In this document: in pieces, positions 24,944-37,043 of the stretch | Layout of the letters: each line of letters opens with the position of its first letter | How positions within the stretch are numbered: position 1 is the first letter of the stretch | Source: Somniosus microcephalus | Taxonomy: Eukaryota | Assembly: GCA_052327205.1 (NCBI GenBank) | Contig: JBMRGM010000035.1 | Location: forward strand, 138,570,001-138,634,000 | Direction: 5' to 3' | DNA: 64,000 nucleotides | Notes under the pieces: model-generated | Database searches by the model: none | Seen by the model: only the letters and a program-made list of their open reading frames with translations | What the model was told of the DNA's origin: nothing | Translations under genes and position numbers: made by a program

Positions 24944-25336
24944 CTGCAACATTGGGGGGAAAAGTTATTATTTTTTTACTTGTTTTTAAAAGAGAAAACC
25001 ACAATGGACTTGGTACTGAGAGCAAAACTAGATTCCTGATCTCTCACAGAAAGTACAGTGGAACTCATTATCCACAAGCTAGACCAGTGGAGTTGGAGAC
25101 TTCTGGATGTTTTTTTTTGACTGCTGCGTTGAATCTTTTATGCACATTAGATACAACCTCTACACCCAGTGGGCTTCATCAGGTCACGTAGGGTCTTTAA
25201 TGCAGATTATGCTGCCACTTCTAAATGGATTGAGCCCTTTATTGGCACTGGGCTGCATTTTTGAGTTGGGAGTCAGCTGCAGCCATAGCTGCCAAGTTCT
25301 AGTATCACCAAGGGAGGGAGGGTAAGCCTCATTATA

Positions 25337-25750
25337 AAAGAAGGAATTTGCATTTATATAGCACCTTTCATGACCCCAGGATGTCCCAAAGTGCTTTACA
25401 GCCAATTAAGTTCTTTTGAAGTGTAGTCACTGTTGTAAGGTAGGAAAGGTGCCATCCAATTTGTGCACAGCAGGACCCACACAAAGAGCAATGAGATAAT
25501 GGCTGGATAATCTGTTTTCGTGCGGTTGGCTGAGGGATAAATATTGGCCAGGGCACCAGGGAGAACTCCCCTGTTGTTCTTCGAAACAATGCCATGGGTT
25601 GTTTTACATCTACCTGAGTGAGCAGATGGGGCTTTGGTTTAACGTTCCATCCAAAAGCCTAGATTTCGCACTCAAGTCTCCGGAATGGGACTTGATCCCA
25701 CAACCTTCTGACTTGTAGGCGAGAGTGCTACCCACTGAACCAGAGCTGAC
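25337..25750 (-). mobile_element. Deu-type SINE
   Basis: Reverse complement of the same family; more decayed copies at about 29830-30105, 50205-50550, 50870-51200 and 56490-56830. Confidence 0.8.
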
Positions 25751-25821
25751 AACCCAGTTTTCACTGTAAAATTAAATTCCTAACAGCGTACAAGTGGGAT
25801 GAGTTTTGGATTGTAAAGCTG

Positions 25822-26124
25822 CGGTACAAAAGGGATCTGGGGGTCCTAGTACATGAAACACAAAAAGTTAGCATGCAGGTACAGCAAGTAATTAGGAAGG
25901 CTAATGGAATGCTGGCCTTTATTGCTAGGGGGTATGGAGTATAAAAGTAGGGAGGTTTTGATGCAACTTTACAGGGCGCTAGTGAGACTGCACCTGGAGT
26001 ACTGCGTACAGGTTTGGTCTCCATATTTAAGTAAGGATATACTTGCATTGGAGGCAGTGCAGAGAAGGTTCACTAGGTTGCTTCCTGGGATGAAGGGGTT
26101 GACGTATGTCTTATGTTTTTATGT
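25822..26124 (+). mobile_element. CR1 fragment, internally deleted
   Basis: YRALVRLHLEYCVQVWSPYLSKD joined to a tail-like TTATGT repeat. Confidence 0.85.
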
Positions 26125-26769
26125 AAAGACCTGGCATAGGAATAATAGCCAAATGGCTTCCTCCTGTGCTGTGAACTTCAATGGGACTCGAGACTTGATC
26201 CAGAACACGAGGGAAGACCAAAACCCCCAAATTACATTCGTTCAGTGCCAAATGTAGAATCGCTGCAAGGATCTCCATTCAAAAACAATATTTCACCTTT
26301 AATGAAGGCTCAGATGCACGCCGGGCTGTCGAGCCATCAGTGCAAACAGCTCTCGGTAACCTTACTCGTGGCCATTCTTCACGTGGGAGTGGAGACAACA
26401 AACGTCGAAGGTTATCGGGTGGGGGGCAATCATGGTCAAACCCAATTTTGTCCTCTCCTAACATTCACACATGTCCCCTTGCGAACAGGATGAATTTAAT
26501 AATTATGGGGAACCGAAAGCCAGAGGTGTTTTAATGCAAAACAGGGGCACTTCAGCCAGAATGCAAGCGCCGCTCGGCAAGCAAAGACATTCTTGGGACA
26601 TTGATGGGGGTGCTGTTCGCTGACAAATAACTTGCCCAAGCTTTCCTCTTCAGAGTTTGAAGTACTTACAGGTTCCCACTTATACCATGGGAGAAATTTT
26701 GATTTAAAAAAAAGACTTCACATCCATGCCCTCACATTACCTTCCCATTCGCACTGCAGAGTGACGTAC

Positions 26770-26938
26770 CGGAATGCGTGGTATTCCAAATCTGGGTTCC
26801 CAGATCAGTTGCATTAGTCTGCCCCTTGCAGCTCTCTTCAGGCTCGATGTTTGAAAGAGTCACCTTCTTTGACTGCTTTTTGGGGAAGCCGGGTAATGAA
26901 GGATGCAGAGAATCCATCGTGCAGATTTTAACAGCCTT
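26770..26938 (-). CDS. PRRC2A: PRRC2A exon
   Basis: KAVKI...LPGFPKKQ...DLGTQIWNTTHS (human HIWNRLHT); cag (NAGNAG) / gtacgt; phase 0 to 1. Confidence 0.8.
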
Positions 26939-28242
26939 CTGGTGAATGAAAAGCACATCACGCATTAGGGAGAATCAAGTACCATGAGCTACCCAACACA
27001 GGTATCACTCCGAATACTACATAGGCTTCTGCCTTACTGCCTGCTGCATGACCACGTCCCCCTCCACCTCTCAAACTCAGCTAGCAATCACAGCCTTCCA
27101 GCCCACTGGCATACAGCAGAGGGCTAAAGCAGCAAATCTTCTCTGCTCAAGGTTTCAGGTTCTACCCAACGCCGTCACCGTCATCTGCCAGTTTCAGATT
27201 CAGCCAGGAGGTCCAGACAATCTACCATAACTGCAGCAAGTTTTAAGCGGTTATATGTTGTGTGGCAACAAGGTAGTACAGAGTATCGCACCGTGGTACA
27301 GGTGTCTGTTCACTGCCCCCTAACAATCTCCCAGTCTCATATGTGCTGTTAGGCAAGGGTGGTGGTGTTTGGGGGGGGGGGGAAAAGAGAGAGCACGGGG
27401 AGGAAAGAGAAAGGAAAAACTAACTATCTCACCAGTGGAAAAAAATGTATTCACTCCTAGGATTACACTTGAGTATTTAAACAACCACAGGCTGGAGCCA
27501 GGGGTGAGGGGGGAAGAGAAGTTTTTTGGGGGGGGGGGTGGGGCAAGGAGCAGCTATTTCCCAGTTGTTGTAATTAAATGTGTCTGTTTTCTTGTTCCTC
27601 TATGTCTGCCTAGGCCTGGCAGCTATAGGCATCATCTTGGTCTCCACGGATTTTCCTGCGTGGCAGCCCCTCCAGTACCATGATGCAGCTCCAGGTAAAA
27701 CCCTGCAGATCTGTTGCCTTTCTTAAAACAATTTACCAACTCCACGGCAAAGAGCACGAATATTTGCCACGACTGGGTTTCAGACCACAGAGCAACAATG
27801 CTCCAAGTAGTGGGGCCACCTCTAGAATCTCCAACAAATACATCGATAACTAGATTCTCCCATTTCCCCAAATTTTCTGCCCTCTTTTTCTGAAGCCCTG
27901 ATCGATGCCAGGACATGATTTCGAAAACTAGCAGCCCCTCCAGTACCTCACTCAAGTGTTCCATTCTTCACACGTCAGTCTAGATGGTGGCTCCTTCACC
28001 ATGGAGTGTACTACAGCCAAGCATGATCTTGTCCTCGGCCATCTCCCACACATGTACATTTTCCACCAGGCAGCGCCAAGTAGGCATCGTAGCTGATTCC
28101 GCTCACCCTGCCCTCAGCAATGAGGCCATCTGCGGCCTCAGTGTCTTTACTCACTAAATCACAGAGGACACCCACCATCACCTGTTCTTATTTTTATACA
28201 CAGGCTGCACTCCCGACCAAGAGCCCGCCTCATTGCAGTCAC

Positions 28243-29466
28243 ATAGAAACATAGAAGATAGGAGCAGGAGTCGGCCATTCGGCCCCTCGAGCCTGCTCCG
28301 CCATTCAATGAGATCATGGCTGATCATCCAAATTCAGTACCCGGTCCCTGCTTTCTCCCCATATCCCTTGATCCCCTTAGCCTTAAGAAATATATCTAAC
28401 TCCTTCTTGAATATATTTAATGAATTGGCCTGAACTGCCTTCTGTGGTAGAGAATTCCACAGGTTCACCACTCTCTGGGTGAAGAAATTCCTCCTCATCT
28501 CAGTCTTAAATGGCTTACCCCTTATCCTTAGACTGTGACCCCTGGTTCTGGACTCCCCGAACATCAGGAACATCCTTCCTGCATCTAGTCTGTCTAGTCC
28601 TGTTAGAATTTTATAAGTTTCAATGAGATCCCCTCTCATTCTTCTAAACTCCAGTGAGTATAAGCCTAATCGACCCAATCTCTCTTCATAAGTAATTCCT
28701 GCCATCCCAGGTATCAGTCTGGTGAATCTTCGCTGCACTCCCTCCATGGCAAGAACATCCTTCCTCAGATAAGGCAACCAAAACTGCACACAATACTCAA
28801 GGTGTGGTCTCACCAAGGCCCTGTACAACTGCAGCAAGACAGCCTTGTTCCTGTACTCGAATCCTCTCGCTATGAAGGCCAGCATACCGTTTGCCTTCTT
28901 AACCGCCTGCTGCACCTGCATGCTTACCTTCAGCGACTGGTGCACAAGGACACCCAGGTCTCGTTGCACTTCCTTGTCCCAATCTATTGCCGTTCATATA
29001 ATAATCTGCCTTCCTGTTTTTGCCACCAAAGTGGATAACCTCGCATTTATCCACATTATACTGCATCTGCCATATTGCCCAACCTGTCCAAATCGTACTG
29101 GAGTTTCTCTGCATCCTCCTCACAGCACACACGTCCATCCAGCTTTGTGTCGTTTGCAAACTTGGAGATATTACATCTAGTTCCCTCGTCTAGATCATTA
29201 ATATATATTGTGAATAGCTGTGGTCCAAGGACCGATCCCTGCGGTACCCCACTAGTCACTGCATGCCACTCGGAAAAAGACCAGTTTATTCCAACTCTTT
29301 GCTTCCTGTCTGCCAACCAGTTTTCTATCCAAGTCAGTACCTTACCCCCAATCCCAAGTGCTTTAACTTTACACGCTAGTCTCTTATGCGGGACCTTATC
29401 GAAAGCCTTCTGAAAGTCCAAATACACCACATCCACTGGTTCTCCCTTGTCTATTCTACCAGTTAC
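28243..29466 (-). mobile_element. 5'-truncated CR1 LINE inserted at a PRRC2A splice donor
   Basis: RT fragment DFQKAFDKVPH..GVPQGSVLGP, C-terminal ORF 28334-28969, TTCTATGT tail. Confidence 0.95.
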
Positions 29467-29615
29467 CTGCAGCAGATGCTCTTCCTTTTTGCGACGCTCA
29501 TCGTCCAGGATTCTCTTCTGCCGCTTTGAAAGGACGCGGGTGAAGCCGTCGTTTAAGGGAGATATGGTCTCATCATCTGCAGAAACTGCTGGGTGATCAT
29601 CAATGATCACTACAC
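29467..29615 (-). CDS. PRRC2A: PRRC2A exon (PRRC2B/C-like segment)
   Basis: SVVIIDDHP...DGFTRVLSKRQKRILDDERRKKEEHLLQ; tag acceptor; donor gtaact abuts a CR1. Confidence 0.9.
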
Positions 29616-30585
29616 CTAAAATGTGGAACAAAAGATTTTTAAAAATTAAAACCACACGATGGCCCAAATGGCCTCCTTCTGTGCTGTTCTATGAGTCAAT
29701 GAAATAGAAAATCATGTCAGAGGGAGAAGAGGGGAGGCAAAGAGGGGACCAAAACACACCAACATGATGCAGATTACCAATGGCGTGGAGGCTTAGAAAC
29801 ACACACACACGATATACAAGTCACCCTTGGCACACTGTCATGTGTGCAAGCCCCTCTCCACAGATTTGAGCACATAACCTAAGCTGGCACTTTAGTGCAG
29901 CACTGAGGAAGAGCTGCACTACTTGAAGAGCAGGGGAGCACTCCCGGTGTCCTAACCAACATCTGTCCCTCAACCAACAGTGCTAACAGAGATTATCTAG
30001 ACATTTGTCTCATTACACACTGAAGTCCCACAAAGGGCAAACTAACTGCTGCTTTTGCCTACATTACAACAGTGAAAGGCACTGTAGAAGTACAAGTTCT
30101 TTCTTTCACATCGGGATTAAATGGCTTGTAACATTCTAGACTTTGCACTACATAGAAATTAAACTGAATGATGTCAGCTTGGTTCGATTGATGGCACTCG
30201 CCCCTGGGTGAGAAGATTATGAGGAAGAGCCGGGGAGTGGGACTAACTGGATTGCTCTTCGAAAGAGCCGGCAGAGACTCGATGGGCCAAATGGCCTCCT
30301 TCTGTGCTGTACTATTCTATGATTGTGGGTTCCAATCAAGGGTTGCGTGCATAATCTAGGCCGACTTTCCAGTGCAGTATTGACGTGCGCTGCCCTTTGA
30401 ACAAGATGTTAAACCAAGGTCTTACATGACTCTTGGAGGTTCTGGTGGAGATTAGAAATTGGAAGGTGCGCAAGTTTACCCACAATCCTTGCTACTAGTG
30501 ACCTCTGATGCCACAGAATGCCTTCTGCATTTGCTGATAACAGCTTTAAAGTAAGCAATTGTGTGAAGCATGAGAGATGGGATAC

Positions 30586-31000
30586 TTTTTATTATTCGTT
30601 CATGGGATGTGACCGTTGCTGGCATTTATTGCCCATCCCTGATTGCCCTCGAGAAGGTGGTGGTGAGCTGCCTTCTTGAACCGCTATAGCGGTTTGGTAC
30701 AACAGAGTGGCTTGCTGGGCCATTTTAGAGGGCGGTTAAGAGTCAACCACATTTCTGTGGGTCTGGAGTCACCTATAGGCCAGACCAGGTAAGGATGGCA
30801 GATTTCCTTCCCTTAAGGACATTCGAGAACCAGATGGATTTTTACGACAATCCGGTGGTTTCACGGACTTCGTGATACTAGCTTTCTATTCCAGATTTAT
30901 TTAATTAACTGAATTTAAATTCCACAGCTGCCGTGGTGGGATTTGAACTCATGTCTCTGGATCGTTAGTCCAGTAACATAACCACTGCACTGCCGTTCCC
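30586..31000 (-). mobile_element. Second-family SINE, full-length copy
   Basis: Reverse complement of the 362-740 element, with box B GAGTTCAAATCC. Confidence 0.78.
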
Positions 31001-31460
31001 TCATTACTACACATTATAAATGCAAGTATTATAAAAACATAAAGCTGAAAGAATCTAATTTCATTCAGTATCAATGTGGAGGTCACAACACAAAACGAGT
31101 GGATGACCTTCCACATCTTCAATTATCAGGATCATATCTGAACATGGCACTCTCATTCAGAGCAATCAATGCAGCAAGAGCAGGAGCCTGATCTGCTTTG
31201 TTGAAAACCCATTAAACTCTAACTGCGAGAGTAATCTCATCTCAGGGTCAGATGAGCTCAAGCACAAGACCAAAGCTTTGATAACTGATGGGAGACCATA
31301 GAGCTGCTGTGTGCAATTTTCAATTTGCCATCTTCAAGCAGCAAGTGTTGTCAGAGACACAAAAACGTTGCATCAACCAGCCACGCTATTCAAAAGGATA
31401 TTTGAACTAGCCATTTATTTGTTTCCTTCTTCCTTCCTAAAGATGCCAACCCCTTCTGGG

Positions 31461-32984
31461 CAATGTTCCCTGTAAGCTGCACTTTGCTCTGCACAGCCGG
31501 TTTCTGTTAATGCACGGTCCCTTTAAATTTCTGCGCATGCGCGAGATTTACAATGTAACAAAAAATAGGAGCAGGAGTAGGCCATACGGCCCCTCGAGCC
31601 TGCTCCGCCATTCAATAAGATCATTGCTGACCATCGACCTCAACTCCACTTTCCCGCCCGATCTCCATATCCCTCGATTCCCCAAAAACCTCTCTCTCTC
31701 AGCCTTGAATATACTCGAAGACTCAGCATTCCCAGCCTTCTGGGGCAGAGAATTCCAAAGATTCACAACCCTCAATGACGAAATTCCTCCTCATCTCAGT
31801 CTTAAATGGCCCATTCCTTATCCTGAGACTATGCCCCCTAGTTCTAGACACTCCAGCCAGGGGAAACAACCTCTCAGCATCTATCCTGTCAATCCCCCTC
31901 AGAATCTTGTATGTTTCAATGAGATCACCTCTCATTCTTCTAAACTCCAGAGAGTATCGGCCCATTCTACACACACTCTCGTTGTAGGACAGCCCTCTCA
32001 TCCCAGGAATCAATCTAGTGAACCTTCGTTGCACCGCCTCCAAGGCAAGTATATCCTTCCTTAGATAGGGAGACCAGAACTGTGCACAGTACTCCAGGTG
32101 CGGTCTCACCAAGGCCCTGTACAATTGTAACAAGACTTCCTTACTCTTATACTCCAACCCCCTTGCAATAAAGGCCAACATGCCATTTGCCTTCCTTATT
32201 GCTTGTACCTGCAGGCTAGATTTCTGTGTTTCTTGCACGAGGACACCCAAATCTCTCTGAACACCAACATTTGAAAGTTTCTCACCATTTAAAAATATTC
32301 TGTTTTTCTATTCTTCCTACCAAAGTGAATAACCTCACATTTCCCTACATTATACTCCATCTGCCACCTTACTGCCCACTCACTTAGTCTATCCATGTCC
32401 CTTTGCAGACTCTGTGTTCTCCTCACAGCTTACTGTCCCACCTAGCTTCGCATCATCAGCAAACTTGGATACATTACACTCGGTCCCTTCATCTAGGTCA
32501 TTAATATAGATTATAAATAGCTGAGGCCCCAACACTGATCCTTGCAGCACCCCACCAACCTGAAAAAGATCTGTATATCCCTACTCTGTTTTCTGTCCGT
32601 TAACCAATCCTCTATCCATGCTACTATGCTACCCCCAACCCCATGAGCCCTAATCTTGTGTAATAACCTTTTATGTGGCACCTTATCGCCTTTTGGAAAT
32701 CCAAGTATACTATGTACATCCACTGGTTCCCCATCATCTACCCTGCTAGTTACATCCTCAAAAAACTCAAATGTCAAACACGATTTCCCTTTTCATAAAA
32801 CCATGTTGACTCTACCTAATCATGTTACGATTTTCTAAGTGCCCTGATGCCACTTCCTTAACAATGGATTCCAGCATTTTCCCCGATGACATAGACACCA
32901 GGCCAATGTAAATGCCGGTGAGCAGCCTGCACGGGAGCTTTCAGATTACTGTGCAGTCATGCGTGCACCTTAGCAGGAACATTG
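31461..32984. mobile_element. hAT-type MITE split by a 1.3-kb CR1
   Basis: TIR CAATGTTCC; perfect TSD CTTCTGGG. Confidence 0.85.
31559..32890 (-). mobile_element. 5'-truncated CR1 LINE nested in a MITE
   Basis: RT and C-terminal fragments (DKVPHKRLL, LEYCAQFWSP) plus 3' UTR. Confidence 0.92.
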
Positions 32985-33546
32985 CTTCTGGGGTGCAACT
33001 CCATGCATGGCAGCGGCCCCACCCCCCCAGGTAAGTGTTAGCTGGCTACTCGAGTATGTAGATGAACGGCAGCACAGCTAATCTGGAACTGGTCCTCACC
33101 AGTCACACACACAGCCACATTTCAGCAAGAGTCAGTGATCAGGCACAAGAACCCCGGTTTATTCCCCTCGCGGCCCCCCTCCTCCTTAATATCAGGGGGA
33201 TGGGTTCGGAAGTCAACTTGTAGCAAGCACACCACCATCCTGGCTGAAATCAGTAGTTCGTCACAGAACCAGGGGTCAAACCTGGGACTTTCCTAGTCTG
33301 TATGGTTCATTTTCATACTCGGTCGTGTTTTACTCAGCCACTGAAGATTTTAATGATCACGGTCGAACCACATCACTTAATCAAATGCTAATCGACATCA
33401 GAGTACCAGCAAATATCATAATCGTACAACGTAGGTTTGTTCCATCGCGTGGAAGTTTAACTGTTGCGGGCACGTTCAGAATAAACGCAAACCGACAACA
33501 CAGCTGCTCAACACACCCAGTAACAGAACATTGTTCCCGGACTTAC

Positions 33547-33761
33547 TTGCGTAATTGTTCAGATCGAATTGCGTCAGCATGTCAGTCTTCTCCTTGGCTT
33601 TGCCGGGCACCAGCCTGCGGTCCTTGTGCCGGCTGTTGACTTCTGCAATGGCTTTCTGGATGGCGGCGGAATCGCTGGGGATGATCCTGTCCACTCTGAA
33701 CACAGCGCTCGCATTCTGAGGAAGGGCGGCAGGGAGGGGAGGCGCCCGTTCTTCCACTGGC
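33547..33761 (-). CDS. PRRC2A: PRRC2A exon
   Basis: PVEERAPP...SAVFRVDRIIPSDSAAIQKAIAEVNSR...QFDLNNYA; cag/gtaagt. Confidence 0.92.
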
Positions 33762-34227
33762 CTGCCAAGTAGACAGTGCAAGCTCGTTACAAAATGCGTA
33801 GCCTTATTCCCTCATCTCAACGCATTCACGAAAAGTTAAACCGCCCCATAAATTCTCTCACCTGGTCGTTGTAAAGATACATTAATCTCTCTCTCCCCCC
33901 ACCCCCCCCCACTCCTTCAGTAGTTGATTCATGCAGAGATATGGTCTCAGACATTGAGCAACCTGTAGTACCTCTCTCAAGAGGCCATTACTATATGTAA
34001 GCCTAGACACTCAGAACTACATAAGCTTACAGAACAGAAGGAAACACTCGACCCATCATGTCCGTGCCAGTTCTTTGCCAAAGAAATCCAAAATTAATCC
34101 CGCTGTCCTGCACAGTCACCGTGGCCTTGCATAGTAATCTTCAAATATTGTTCTAGTTAAGTGTCAGCAAATATTCTTTTGCGGAGGGGGATCACGATCA
34201 ATGCAATTCTGCCCTTACCCGACGTTA

Positions 34228-34480
34228 GAACATAAGAAGTAGGAGCAGGAGTAGACCATACGGCCCCTCGGGCCTGCTCCGCCATTCAATAGGATCATGG
34301 CTGATCCGAACCTAGACTCACATCCACTTCCCTGCCCGCTCCCCGTAACCCCTAATTCCCTTATCAGCAAGGAAACGGTCTATCTCCGTTTTAATTTTAT
34401 TTAATGTCGCAGCTTCCACAGCTCTGAGGTAGCCAATTCCATAGATTTACTACCCTCTGAGTGAAGAAGTTTCTCATCAC
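34228..34480 (-). mobile_element. CR1 3' end fragment
   Basis: Shared 3' UTR (GAATGGCGGAGCAGGC..) and tail. Confidence 0.8.
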
Positions 34481-34637
34481 ATACATAGTTTTCTACAGTG
34501 GTCACTGGACATACGTTAACAGCAGGAATCCTGACAGATTTCTTCAATCCCTCCCTATCCCAGGGAACCAATAGAAGTAGCAGTACCCTCATCCAAGCAC
34601 CTGTATTTTCTCCTTCTCAGAGCCCACAGGACGTTAA

Positions 34638-34772
34638 GAACATAAGAAATAGGAGCAGGAGTAGGCCATTCGGCCCCTCGAGCCTGCTCCGCCATTCAAT
34701 ATGATCATGGCTGACCTTCTACCTCAACTCCACCTTCTCACCCTATCCCTATATCATTCGATTCCCTTATCG
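34638..34772 (-). mobile_element. CR1 3' tail fragment next to the large-exon donor
   Basis: Same 3' UTR motif; similar short copies at about 4352-4510, 16195-16265, 16385-16465, 19010-19135, 55410-55630 and 61693-61825. Confidence 0.8.
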
Positions 34773-34784
34773 CTATTCACACAC

Positions 34785-37043
34785 CTCCTATTCTTTGGAG
34801 AAGGCCAGTTGCGTTTCTCGTTCCTGACAGACCCGGCGCTATTTCGGTTGCCTTTGCCACTGGAATCTGCCGGATTCGAACGCCGATTCTGTCGGTCCAT
34901 CCCGGGTCTCTGGCTGGAGAAACTGCGCTTGGACGATTCCTTCTTCTGGGCAGAGTTGGGATCGATCGACTTGATGCCTCCAGGGGTATTTTTCATGAAG
35001 ACGCCGTCCTTGTCCCGCCTCTCCGTGAAGTCGCTGCTTTCGGACGCGGTCTCCCATTCTTCGTTGGCCTGGTCGGAGTTCTGGTTGGACAGGTCCGGGG
35101 ATTTGGTGCCGGCTGCGTTACGCACGACTTCTTTGATCTCCTCCGTTTGCGGGTTGGGAGGGGGGTTAGGTGGCAAGGCTTCGGCTGGGAAGGGGGTCCT
35201 TTCTCCGTTCATTCTGGCGGCCACTTCCCGCTCTTGCTTCAGGCGGCGGAACCGTGGCGGCTTGTCCTGCTGCTGGGCACGCCCGTGACGCCGCCTCCTC
35301 GGCGGTCTATCGATGGGTCTCTCTGACCGGTGAGGCTGCCCCTCAGGCATAACGGGGTCGCCGACTGGCGGCGGCTTATCGGGTAGGCTCTTGTCGTTTT
35401 CCCTGCCCGGTGGGACGTCCGGGGGCCTGTTTTCTGGGGCTTTCATCTGTTCTTTAGAGGGCTGCTTCTTGGGAGGGGGCATTTTTGAAGGAGGACACCA
35501 GCCACCTTGCTGAGGGCGGCCACCACCACCACCACCACCACCGCCTCCCCCGCCTCGGGGCATACCTCCACGGCCTCGTCTAGACGGCACGCCACGTGGG
35601 GTGAAGATCCTGCCACGAGAAGAGTCACTCAGCCGGGGAGGCATTTTATCTCCAAACTTTGGGGGTTCGGATCTGTTCCTCTTGTCCATCCGACCTTGAT
35701 CTGAATTTCTAAACTCTTTCGATGGCTCTTTGGAGCTGGAGGAGACCTCCTTATCGGAGTGAGCCACGTCACTGGCGCTCTCGTGAGTCTCGCTACCGGT
35801 CTCTGAACCCCTCTGGCGGCGGCGCTTGGGAATCTCTTCGTACTCCGAGCCTTCGCTGCGCGTCTCGCTGGGGTTCCTTGGCCTGAACGAGCCTTTGGGG
35901 CCGCCCTCATCAGTCCTGTACATGGGCTCCCGGTAGCCTCGGAACTCTCTGCTGCGGCCCCTGCCGCCTCTTCCCCGCCCGCCATAGGCGCCTCGGTAGC
36001 CTCTGCCCCGCGAGAAGAACTCACCACGCCCTCTGCCCCGGCCTCGCCCAGAGTAGCTGCGGTCAAATGAATGATCCCGGTCCCTATTCCGCCGAGGGGG
36101 CGGAGGGCCGCTGTTGAAGTCCTTGGGAGGTGGCTTGGACGGTTTCATTTTCTCAGGCCTCTGATCCTTTCCAGCAGGCTTAGCCTTCCCTCGATCGTCC
36201 TGCATGTTCGAAACAGGAGGGCCTGGCAAAGGCTTATTGGAGGCAGACATAGAAGGACCAGGCTGGCTCACTTTCAAACTTGCAGGAGAATCTTGCTTCA
36301 AAGGGTCAGCCTCAAATTTGGATTCCTGTGGCTTGTCCTTCCCTTTGACAGTGGTTTTATCTCCTGATGCAGGCTTTCCCTTCTCTGTTTCCTGCTCACT
36401 ATCTTCTCTCTTCATGTCCTTGAGTATCGGCTTTTTGATGGGGCCGGCTCTCCGGGCAGGTTTGTCCCCCATCTCATCGCGGTTCTTACTGCCTGGCCGC
36501 GGACCCCAACGGGTTTCCGTCTTGGATTCCTTCCGCTGAGCTCTGTGCATGTCCTGACGGCTGGGCTTGTCTCCTTTCCTGCTCTCATCCTGCTTGTTCT
36601 CTTTGGTGGAGTGGTCTTCCTTGTGCTGTAGGAGTTCCAGAGCTTGAGTGTGGGGCCCTGCCTTCTTCACGCTGTTGGAAAGCTGGCCGGATTCTCGAGA
36701 CACGTGCATTACGAGCGGCTCTACCTTTTTGTCTTCGTGATGCATTTGAGCGGTTTCCCTGCGCAAAGACATCGGCTCCTGGTCTGCCTTGCGCTGCGAA
36801 TGCGAGTGTGAATGCTGGTGCTGCGAAGGCATCTCGACCCGCCTATCTCTTCCCAGCTCCGCCTGGACACTGGGCAGGGAATTCTGCCAGGGACCCTGTC
36901 GCTGTTCATCCAGACGTTCTACCAGTGGATATCGCTGCATCTGGGCAACATGCCGAGGCCCACTTTCTGAAACCTGCTGGAGGCCACTCATGAAGGCCTG
37001 AGGGGGCCCAGTGTCTCTTTGTCGGACTGGTGGGGTTTCACTT
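34785..37043 (-). CDS. PRRC2A: PRRC2A large central exon (2259 nt; RG/RGG-rich)
   Basis: SETPPV...ETRWGPRPGS...SETRSEGSEYEEIPKRRRQRGSETGSE...KRNWPSPKNR; cag/gtgtgt. Confidence 0.95.

Noticed and set aside
34754-36991. 745-aa ORF as a standalone gene
   Set aside because: It is an internal exon bounded by splice sites at 37043 and 34785.
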